NCBI GenBank assembly: GCA_013202525.1 | Contig: JABMQS010000118.1 | Location: forward strand, 1-45,402 | From: Candidatus Omnitrophota bacterium | GTDB lineage: Bacteria; Omnitrophota; Gorgyraeia; JABMRG01 | DNA length: 45,402 bases | Reading direction: 5' to 3' | Shown: positions 1-7,559 of the stretch, piece after piece | Position numbering within the stretch: position 1 is the first letter of the stretch | How the letters are laid out: each line of letters opens with the position of its first letter | The notes under the pieces: generated by a model | The model's database searches: none | The model's input: the letters and a program-made list of their open reading frames with translations, nothing else | What the model was told of the DNA's origin: nothing | Made by a program: the position numbers and the translations under genes

Positions 1-264
1 TGCCACATAATCTGGAGTCTGTCGGGGTTCACCCCGTAAAGACTCCTTTCAGTGCCACATAATCTGGAGTCTGTCGGGGTTCACCCCGTAAAGACTCCTT
101 TCAGTACCACATTTTGCCACGCCCCCAAACTCCGTATAATCTGGAGTCTGTCGGGGTTCACCCCGTAAAGACTCCTTTCAGTGTTCTATATTGTGGAGTC
201 TGTCGGGGTTTACCCCGTAAAGACTCCTTTCAGTGTTCTATATTGTGGAGTCTGTCGGGGTTCA
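1..264. repeat. Tandem array of 41-bp palindromic units (REP/BIME-like), probably continuing beyond the window edge
   Basis: Unit TGGAGTCTGTCGGGGTTCACCCCGTAAAGACTCCTTTCAGT starts at 13, 65, 142 and 194 (one C>T), with a truncated copy at 246-264. Linkers are 11, 36, 11 and 11 nt. Each unit folds GGAGTCT/AGACTCC plus CGGGG-TTCA-CCCCG. Confidence 0.95.
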
Positions 265-1014
265 TAGCTCCTGTATTGTCCTCTCTACTATGCCCAGTTT
301 TCTCTTTACCCTCTCCAGGTCGCCGACGGTATCGACACCGATCGTATCATACTTTGTGTCTACCATCTTTATCTTATATCCGTTCTCAAGCGCCCTCAGC
401 TGCTCCAGCTTCTCGCGCTTCTCAAGGGACGAAACAGGGATCTTGGTAAAGCTGAATAGAAAATCCTTTGTATAGGCGTACAGGCCGATATGCTTATAAT
501 AGGTAGCGGCCATGGCATATGCATCTCTTGTAAAAGGAATGGGAGAGCGCGAAAAGTATAGCGCGAAACTATTCTTATCCACCACGACCTTTACGACATT
601 GGGGTCTTTGACCGCTTCAGGGTCTGTGATCTTCTTCATAAGGCTTGCCATGACAATCTCTTCATCCTCTGATAAAGCGCTTACCAGGGTATCTATCATA
701 GATGGTCGAAGCAAAGGTTCATCCGCCTGAATATTTACGACAATATCGACATCCAGGGGATTTACGATCTCCTTTAAGCGGTCGGTGCCGGAAGGATGCG
801 CCTTGGCAGTAAATACCACCTTGCCGCCAAATGCCTCAACAGCCTTTATTATACGGTCGTCATCCGCCGCTATGATCAGATCGTCCAGGAGGCGTGCCCT
901 CTTTGCGCGCTCCCAGACATGCTGTATCATGGGTTTTCCGCCTATATCTGCAAGTACCTTGCCCATAAACCTGCTTGCCTCATATCTCGCCGGTATAACT
1001 CCTACGCTGGTCAT
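262..1014 (-). CDS. kdsB: 3-deoxy-manno-octulosonate cytidylyltransferase (CMP-Kdo synthetase)
   Basis: 250 aa with IPARYEASRFMGK, SGTDR, NIQADEP, ALYFSRSPIP, HIGLYAY and EKLEQLRALE motifs; LPS gene context. Confidence 0.95.
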   Translation of the reverse strand: MTSVGVIPARYEASRFMGKVLADIGGKPMIQHVWERAKRARLLDDLIIAADDDRIIKAVEAFGGKVVFTAKAHPSGTDRLKEIVNPLDVDIVVNIQADEPLLRPSMIDTLVSALSEDEEIVMASLMKKITDPEAVKDPNVVKVVVDKNSFALYFSRSPIPFTRDAYAMAATYYKHIGLYAYTKDFLFSFTKIPVSSLEKREKLEQLRALENGYKIKMVDTKYDTIGVDTVGDLERVKRKLGIVERTIQEL

Positions 1015-1047
1015 ATTCTTATAATAACTCCTTCCCGGGTATAATCG

Positions 1048-2091
1048 TTATGCAAAGATCGAATCGGATGGATAAGAACTCTTCTTCGGCTTTGTGCCGT
1101 ATCGCTGGACCTGACCAAGATGCGCCTTAAGCTCCTTCTGTGTGCATGAGGCAATACCGAGTTTGCCGACGACCACGCCTGCGGCGACATTGGATATATG
1201 GGCCGCCTCTATGAGGCCTGCGCCGGACGCCTTGGCCAAAGCAAAAACACCTATAACAGTGTCGCCGGCTCCTGAAACATCGTAGACCTGCTGGGCAACA
1301 GTCGGTATATGCATAAAGCCGCCCTTCTTCTGGAATAAGGCCATGCCGTCTTCACCGAGGGTTATCAACACTGCCTCGGAACTCCACTTCTGAAGCAGTC
1401 TCTTGCCGACCTTCTTTAATGAGGCCACATCCCTTATCTTGATACCGGCTGCCTCTTCTGCCTCATTACGGTTGGGCGTAATAGCTGTAATGCCTCTGTA
1501 GAGATCAACATGCTCTTCCTTGGGGTCTATCATTATAATCTTCTTATGCGCCTTAGAAAATTTTACCAACTCCTTTATAAGGCGGGGCACCATCAGCCCC
1601 TTTCCATAATCTTCTAAGATCACCGCATCTACCTCCGGGATTTTTTTCTTTGCAAAGGATATGATCTTATTCAGCACCCCTTTACCTACAGGGCCGCTCG
1701 ACTCTTTGTCAACACGCACCACCTGCTGGTGGTGGGCTATGATACGCATCTTGTCCGTAGTGGGACGGCTGCTATCTATAACTATACCTTCATTGTCAAT
1801 ACCGTTCTTTGCCAGCTCTGCCGCCAGGATCCTGCCTGCCTCGTCATCACCGACCGTGCCGGCCATATAGACCTCTGCGCCGAGGACGCGTATACTGTTG
1901 GCAACGTTCGAAGCGCCTCCAGGCATAAAGGACTCTGACCTGGACCATACCACCGGAACTGGGGCCTCGGGTGATATGCGCGAAACCGTGCCCCATATGA
2001 ACTTATCGAGCATAATATCGCCAAGCACCAGTATCCTGGAGTCCTTAAAGCGTGATATTATCTTGTGGAATCGGCTAAGGCTCTTCTTCAT
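1048..2091 (-). CDS. rfaE: D-glycero-beta-D-manno-heptose-7-phosphate kinase (stand-alone RfaE/HldE domain I)
   Basis: GDIMLDKFIWGTVSRISPEAPVPV, PGGASNVA, DYGKG and DVSGAGDTV PfkB motifs. Start moved to the ATG at 2091 (MKKSL), which is preceded by AGAGAGG. No adenylyltransferase domain is fused. Confidence 0.92.
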   Translation of the reverse strand: MKKSLSRFHKIISRFKDSRILVLGDIMLDKFIWGTVSRISPEAPVPVVWSRSESFMPGGASNVANSIRVLGAEVYMAGTVGDDEAGRILAAELAKNGIDNEGIVIDSSRPTTDKMRIIAHHQQVVRVDKESSGPVGKGVLNKIISFAKKKIPEVDAVILEDYGKGLMVPRLIKELVKFSKAHKKIIMIDPKEEHVDLYRGITAITPNRNEAEEAAGIKIRDVASLKKVGKRLLQKWSSEAVLITLGEDGMALFQKKGGFMHIPTVAQQVYDVSGAGDTVIGVFALAKASGAGLIEAAHISNVAAGVVVGKLGIASCTQKELKAHLGQVQRYGTKPKKSSYPSDSIFA

Positions 2092-2141
2092 TGTGGCCTC
2101 TCTTTGTTGCGCGGATCCTTGTGACACTCCCAAGAATAAAT

Positions 2142-2171
2142 ATTATAGCAAGTATATATGTAATATGTCAA
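2142..2171 (-). promoter_or_regulatory. Sigma70-type promoter for rfaE-kdsB
   Basis: Minus strand reads TTGACA-18 nt-TATAAT with TG just upstream of the -10 box, about 50 nt before the rfaE start. Confidence 0.75.
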
Positions 2172-2218
2172 TAGAATAGATACGTGCTCTCTTGCCCGCG
2201 CCACTTATGATAGCTTGC

Positions 2219-2426
2219 TTATGCCATTGTTTCGTAGCGCTATGAGGCAATTTGAATGGTGCTGTGTCAATCTTCGCAGGAGCACAAAATTTCCCCAGCG
2301 AGGAAATTTTGCTCCGTTTCATTCTTCGCTCTCACCGAGTGTTTGCACGGGTGAACCATGCCCGCTCAGAATGAAAAGGTCCTGCTCCGATTGCCACACG
2401 CCATTCATCGTTCCGCAATGGCATAA
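2219..2426. other. Highly structured ~208-nt intergenic element (candidate ncRNA or palindromic MITE)
   Basis: Nested pairings: 2219-2229/2416-2426 (perfect 11 bp), 2253-2261/2399-2407, 2263-2272/2389-2398, 2276-2281/2380-2385, plus inner hairpins 2286-2310 and 2317-2376. Confidence 0.7.
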
Positions 2427-2489
2427 CCACATGGATCTATTTTAGTTATAACGCATGCCACAACTCCGCCCGAAACGTCGCAGTAAATA

Positions 2490-3530
2490 TTACAATATAC
2501 CCAAGGAGCGAATGGCGGTAAGGGCGTCATCTATGCTTATGGCCTTGAGGCAGTCGAATTCACGCCTGCATTCATGCGCAAGGCAGATTCCGGCGCATCC
2601 TACGTCTTTATGCAGTACTATATCCTTGGGTCCAAGCGGACCCCATCTCAGGGGGCTTAAACCCGGCTGCCTCCTGCCGAATATTGACACAACAGGCGTT
2701 CCCACAGCAACCGCAACATGGACAGGCCCGCTGTCATTGGATATGAGAAGAACCGATCTCTTGAGCAGGGCTGCCAGCTGTGATATATCCAGTTTACCCG
2801 ACAAAAATAGCGCCTCTTTCAACATAAACTTCCTTACGATATCAGCACAGAAGGTTCCCCTTTTATCGCTGCCACCGACCACCACAACCTTTGCACCATA
2901 GTTCTCTATCAGTTTATCTGCCAATTTTGCAAAGCGTTCTGAGGGCCATATCTTCGAAGGACAGCTTGCGCCTGGATGTATGGCCACTACCCTATCGTCC
3001 GGATTGATCCCCGAGCCTACCAGAAGATCATCCACGTGCTTTCGGGCCTCATCGCTTACGGGCACATAGAGCGATTTGTCCTTGGCCTCGATATCCAGGG
3101 ATTTTAGCATATCGAGGTTATAATCGAGTTCGTGCTTTATGCCTTCATGTTTGGTACTTCTTATACGGTCTGTAAGCAAAAATGGCAGTCTTCCGTCATA
3201 GCCTATCCTGCGGGGAATGCCGGCAAGATAAGAGATTATGTGCGCCCTGTTTGTAGGGTGGAATATGACTGCTGTGTCAAAGCCCTTCTTCCTTAGCTCC
3301 GTGGCAAAACGAATGGTCGCGGCTATGGAACGGTGTTTGCCATACTTATCATATACGATGACCTCGTCAAGATAAGGGTTGCCCTTGACCGCGAGCTCGG
3401 CATAGGGCCTGACCATCATCGCGATATAAGCATCCGGATAGGCATCGCGTATAGCCTTTATCGCCGGGGTAGTAAGCACCACATCCCCCAGCCTATCCGT
3501 CCTTATTAATAGTACTCTTTTGGATTCCAT
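2490..3530 (-). CDS. GT9 family LPS heptosyltransferase
   Basis: 346 aa with RTDRLGDVVLTTP, IHPGAS..KIWP, SNDSGPVHVAVAVGTP and a C-terminal Cys cluster. Confidence 0.9.
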   Translation of the reverse strand: MESKRVLLIRTDRLGDVVLTTPAIKAIRDAYPDAYIAMMVRPYAELAVKGNPYLDEVIVYDKYGKHRSIAATIRFATELRKKGFDTAVIFHPTNRAHIISYLAGIPRRIGYDGRLPFLLTDRIRSTKHEGIKHELDYNLDMLKSLDIEAKDKSLYVPVSDEARKHVDDLLVGSGINPDDRVVAIHPGASCPSKIWPSERFAKLADKLIENYGAKVVVVGGSDKRGTFCADIVRKFMLKEALFLSGKLDISQLAALLKRSVLLISNDSGPVHVAVAVGTPVVSIFGRRQPGLSPLRWGPLGPKDIVLHKDVGCAGICLAHECRREFDCLKAISIDDALTAIRSLGIL

Positions 3531-3532
3531 GG

Positions 3533-4513
3533 TTAACGGGTTCCCAGTATATTATCGATCGCCCACATCACATCATCAGGAGGAATCTGTTGTATGCATT
3601 CAATACCGAATCTGCATAATGCCTTCTCGCACGGAGAACAGCTCCTCTCTATCCTGGCTACCTTGCTTTTGTGGGAGAGGGGGCCGTACTTCTTGTAGTC
3701 AGTCGGACCGAATATCGCCACTGTAGGCACACCTACCGCGCTTCCGATATGAAGCGGGGCAGAATCATTGGTCACGAGCAGACTGCATTGCGACAGAAGG
3801 TATGCAAGCTCCCGCAGGTTCGTGCGGCCGGTCAGATCGTAGACATCCTTTAAGCCGGCCTCTGCGATCTTTTTGTTTATGGCCTTATCATTCCCTTCGC
3901 CTACCAAGACGATCTTAAGGCCTCTCTCCTTATTTAACCTCTCGCATATATCTATGAATCCTGCTACGGGCCAGCGCTTTATATGGCTCTTGGCGCCTGC
4001 GGCTATTGCTACCATTTTGTCGGCAGTCGATATGTCCAGTTCATCCAGCATAGAGCGGACCCTCGACTTATCATTCGCTGTAACGAGAATCGAAAATGGC
4101 GCGTCTCTAACATCTATACCAATAACAGAAAGCCTGCTGAGATGCTTGTCTATTTTGTGCGGGCGCAGGGTCTTGGTCCTTAAAAACAAAGGGCTGTTAT
4201 ACCTGGCTCCGGTTAAAAGGGGAAACAGACTGTTGCGCAGATCGACAACAAGGTCAAAACCCTTCTTTCGCATCTCAAGACCGAGCTTCAGCTTTTCAGA
4301 AAGGGAGGTATGTTTGTTATATGTGATTATATCAGAGACCTCCGGGTCTATCTCAAACAGCTCCTTTGTGTTTTTGCCTGTCATGACCGTGATATCAGCT
4401 TCGGGAAACTCCCTCTTCAGCACCCTAAGGACAGGCAGTGTCAAGACAACATCGCCTATGTTGCTCAATGTTATCATAAGGATCTTCTTTACCGCGTGCT
4501 TGTATATCTTCAT
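3533..4513 (-). CDS. GT9 family LPS heptosyltransferase
   Basis: 326 aa with LSNIGDVVLTLP, KRWP, TNDSAPLHIGSAVGVPTVAIFGPT and CSPC. Confidence 0.9.
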   Translation of the reverse strand: MKIYKHAVKKILMITLSNIGDVVLTLPVLRVLKREFPEADITVMTGKNTKELFEIDPEVSDIITYNKHTSLSEKLKLGLEMRKKGFDLVVDLRNSLFPLLTGARYNSPLFLRTKTLRPHKIDKHLSRLSVIGIDVRDAPFSILVTANDKSRVRSMLDELDISTADKMVAIAAGAKSHIKRWPVAGFIDICERLNKERGLKIVLVGEGNDKAINKKIAEAGLKDVYDLTGRTNLRELAYLLSQCSLLVTNDSAPLHIGSAVGVPTVAIFGPTDYKKYGPLSHKSKVARIERSCSPCEKALCRFGIECIQQIPPDDVMWAIDNILGTR

Positions 4514-5544
4514 TTTGACTTGATCAGCCTTTCAGCAGCGGCGAGGACATCGTCGACAGATATGGCCTTCATGCAGCGGTAGTCCTCACAGTTCATGTCA
4601 TAGCAGGGTATATCACACTCATCCCACTCATGCAGAACGATATACTCGGAGGTGCCATATGGGCCTGTAATCGCCGGTAAGGTCGGACCAAACAAAGTGA
4701 CAACAGGCGTCTTTTGGCTGACGGCTATATGCATGGGGCCTGAATCATTGGCTATTACAAGAGCGGCCTTTCGCATTATAGCTGCCAGCTCCTTCAGGTT
4801 GGTCTTTGCGCATATGCTTATCGCCGAATTGTTGCTTTCACCGACGATATCCCAGCCCAGCTGTTCATCCTTCCGGGCCCCGGTAATAAGTATCTTTTTA
4901 CCGTATCTGGACTTAAGGCCTTCGCAAAGACGGGCAAAGTTTTCCTTTAGCCATCTCTTTGGAGGCCAATTTCCGCCCGGATTTATAATAAAGAACTCCT
5001 CATCCCCGGCAATGCCGTTTGCCTCAAGTATCTCATCGGCACTGGCAATAGATTCATCCGGCACAAAGAACTCATAATCCTTATTCTCTGTATCGATACC
5101 CGCAGGCCTTACGATATTCAGGAAATACTCCACCCTGTGCGGCTGTGCCTTAGGCATATCCACGGGATCTGAAAGCAGCCACGAGCGTTTCTTTGTATAA
5201 TATCCTATGCGCCTGGGTATGCCTGCAAGGGCACACATCAGCATCCTGCTCATCGAGCGGTGAAATGATATCACCGTATCAAAACCCTTACTTCTAAGCG
5301 CTAAGATAAGTGAGATCTTTCCAATTATTCCGCGGTGGGCTCCGTCCTCTTCAAAAGGTATTATCTCGTTTATATGCGGGTTTCCCTCGAGCATCTCTGC
5401 GCAGCGCCCTACCACGAGGGCGGCTATGAAGCTGTCGGGATTATGCTGCCTTATCGCCCTTATGGCAGGCGTGGTAAAGAGCACATCGCCCACCCAGTTA
5501 ACCTCGATTATAAGTATCCTCTTCATAGGCTCAGTCATCGTCAC
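4510..5544 (-). CDS. waaF: GT9 family heptosyltransferase II-like
   Basis: 344 aa with NWVGDVLFTTP, INPGGNWPPKRW and NDSGPMHIA. The exact start is uncertain (5544, 5538 or 5526). The waaF assignment among several GT9 paralogues is tentative. Confidence 0.8.
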   Translation of the reverse strand: MTMTEPMKRILIIEVNWVGDVLFTTPAIRAIRQHNPDSFIAALVVGRCAEMLEGNPHINEIIPFEEDGAHRGIIGKISLILALRSKGFDTVISFHRSMSRMLMCALAGIPRRIGYYTKKRSWLLSDPVDMPKAQPHRVEYFLNIVRPAGIDTENKDYEFFVPDESIASADEILEANGIAGDEEFFIINPGGNWPPKRWLKENFARLCEGLKSRYGKKILITGARKDEQLGWDIVGESNNSAISICAKTNLKELAAIMRKAALVIANDSGPMHIAVSQKTPVVTLFGPTLPAITGPYGTSEYIVLHEWDECDIPCYDMNCEDYRCMKAISVDDVLAAAERLIKSK

Positions 5545-6328
5545 GGTGTTCCTTTATCCAGGTATAGAAGCCGCTCGTCTCTATCCAGAAGACAAAGAGA
5601 TTATCCGATGTCCTTGATATGCGCAGACGTTTAAGCGCGTATATATCGTTGTCAGGGTAGCTCTTTCCGGGATTGGTGGCACAGGCGCCTTTGTAGCCGG
5701 CGTCTATCACCATCTGCCTTATCTTTTCGTTAAAGCCTCCGGAACAGTAGGCAAAGAACTCACCCGCCCCCGGCAGCCTCGAGCTGAGTATACGCCGTGA
5801 CTTAAAGATCTCATCCTTAAGACGCCTGTCATCTTTTATGTCAGGCAGGTAGACCTCAGAAAGGGTATGGCTTCCTATATCAATACCGGATTCTGACATC
5901 TCCTTTAGCTGTCCCCAGGTAAGATACCCCTGCCTGCCTATCTTATCAACAGGCATAAATATGGATGCGGGTATATTGTATCTCTTTAATACGGGGTATG
6001 CGTCTGTATAATTGTTCCTATATCCGTCATCAAATGTGACGCAGGCGGTCTTTCGGGGTATGCGTCCTTTGGATATCATATCTACGAGCTGGCCCAAAGA
6101 GACAATATTATAGTTTCGTTTCCTTAAAAATCTCATCTGCCTTTCAAAACTTTCAGGCGATACGCTGAGTTTTGACTCCTGGGAATGCTTATCTATCTTA
6201 TGATACATAAGCACAGGCACTACATATATAGACTTTAAAAAGAGTGAGAGTGCGACTATTGTTACCAGAATGACTATTGATAAGACTATAAAGAATTTTA
6301 CCCCTGCGCCATTAGACCTTTGTCTCAT
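5531..6328 (-). CDS. Membrane-anchored polysaccharide deacetylase (CE4/NodB fold)
   Basis: N-terminal hydrophobic helix, VPVLMYHKI, TFDDGY, GSHT and LKRLRI motifs. Confidence 0.88.
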   Translation of the reverse strand: MRQRSNGAGVKFFIVLSIVILVTIVALSLFLKSIYVVPVLMYHKIDKHSQESKLSVSPESFERQMRFLRKRNYNIVSLGQLVDMISKGRIPRKTACVTFDDGYRNNYTDAYPVLKRYNIPASIFMPVDKIGRQGYLTWGQLKEMSESGIDIGSHTLSEVYLPDIKDDRRLKDEIFKSRRILSSRLPGAGEFFAYCSGGFNEKIRQMVIDAGYKGACATNPGKSYPDNDIYALKRLRISRTSDNLFVFWIETSGFYTWIKEHRDDD

Positions 6329-7427
6329 TTACGCCCTCCGCGTACAGCTTCAGTACTTTATCTACCATAATCCCTAAGGCAAACTTCTCCCTGGCGATCT
6401 CCTTTGAGAGGCGCACCATCTCTTCTGCCATGGCTTTGTTATTCAGCACCTTCAATATCGCATCGGCAAGGGCATACTCATCCTTAGACGGGACTAGAAG
6501 CCCGTTCTTCTTATGTTTTATCAGTGTATATATGCCTCCCACATCAGACGCGACCACAGGTATGCCCGTGGCCATGGCCTCAAGTATAGAAAGTCCGAGG
6601 CCCTCCTGTATCGAGGGCATGCAGAAGAGATCCATCACGGAAAGCGGCATTGATACATCCTTGCACGCCTCATGAAAGATCACACTATCCTCTATCCCCA
6701 GGGTACGTGCAAGTTCCTTCAGCCCCTCTCTATAATGGGCCGGGCCGTCTCCGACTATCAACAACTGTATATCAGAAAATCTCGGAAGCAGCTTGGCAAG
6801 GGCGCCCAGCAGGTATCTGTGGCCTTTTACATCTGAAAGGCGCGATATTATACCTATTGTGGTGACATCCCTTAGGCCATACTCTCTTCTTATCAGGGAC
6901 TTCTCATGCTCAGAGTAGACCTTATCGAACTTATCTATATCTATGCCATTATAGATGATCCTTACCCTCTCCTTGGGAAACTTCAGATCATTGACCAGGT
7001 GCTCTCTTACCGCATCGCTTATTGCTATAACACGCTGGCCCCAACAAGGAAAGAGCCTTCTGAAGAGCCTGCGCTTAAAAAACCCATGGCAGGTACTGAC
7101 AAAGAAAGACCCTGTCTTCCTGCAAAGAAGAGCTGCTATGACCTGGGTTACCCTGGTCTGGGCATGTACGATCTGGATGCCTCTCTCCCTTATCAGCCTT
7201 GAAAGCTGAAGATAGACCTTCAGTGTATGCAGGCCTATATCAGCGCTTGTATCTATTGGAAGATAGACATGCTCTATCCCTGCCTTCTCAAGCCCCCTTA
7301 GCAGTTCACCGCCGCTTGAGGCGACAATAACATCCTCGCCTCTTTTCTTGAGGGCCTTCGCGAGCGTGGTCGTGTATATACCGATCCCACCCAGATTCAA
7401 ACGTGTCGTTAGTAATAGTATCTTCAT
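6312..7427 (-). CDS. GT4 family glycosyltransferase
   Basis: 371 aa with GGIG, HG, YNGID, RLSDVKGH and EGLGLSILEAMATGIPVVASDVGG. Confidence 0.92.
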   Translation of the reverse strand: MKILLLTTRLNLGGIGIYTTTLAKALKKRGEDVIVASSGGELLRGLEKAGIEHVYLPIDTSADIGLHTLKVYLQLSRLIRERGIQIVHAQTRVTQVIAALLCRKTGSFFVSTCHGFFKRRLFRRLFPCWGQRVIAISDAVREHLVNDLKFPKERVRIIYNGIDIDKFDKVYSEHEKSLIRREYGLRDVTTIGIISRLSDVKGHRYLLGALAKLLPRFSDIQLLIVGDGPAHYREGLKELARTLGIEDSVIFHEACKDVSMPLSVMDLFCMPSIQEGLGLSILEAMATGIPVVASDVGGIYTLIKHKKNGLLVPSKDEYALADAILKVLNNKAMAEEMVRLSKEIAREKFALGIMVDKVLKLYAEGVNETKV

Positions 7428-7442
7428 ATTAGTTTTGTTTTG

Positions 7443-7559
7443 GAGACGCTTACCAGTTTGTTCGGGAACCTGTCCTGAACTTGTTCGGGAAAGTGTCTTA
7501 GGGTACAGGTTCGTGCTTGGGTTGGTAAACGTCTCGTGCTTGGTTTGGTAAACGTCTCG
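7443..7559. repeat. Composite repeat: 23-bp tandem duplication, an inverted partial copy, and a small hairpin
   Basis: TCGTGCTTGG(G/T)TTGGTAAACGTC occurs at 7511-7533 and 7534-7556. GAGACGCTTACCA at 7443 is an inverted near-copy. TTGTTCGGGAA occurs at 7458 and 7481. Confidence 0.8.

Noticed and set aside
1-264. CRISPR array
   Set aside because: The linkers are mostly 11 nt and repeat each other instead of being unique ~30-40-nt spacers, and no cas genes are in the window. Sequence left of the window cannot be seen.
114-475. + strand ORFs 114-449 and 233-475
   Set aside because: They are translations of the repeat array plus the antisense of kdsB.
2141-2172. dif-like site (also TTATGTCAAG at 37371), considered because xerC is nearby
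   Set aside because: The resemblance to the XerD arm is just the reverse complement of a TTGACA -35 box, and there is no convincing XerC arm.
2215-2445. 76-aa + strand ORF in the structured gap
   Set aside because: It has a non-ATG start, no RBS and no protein-like motif; the sequence is better explained by base-pairing.
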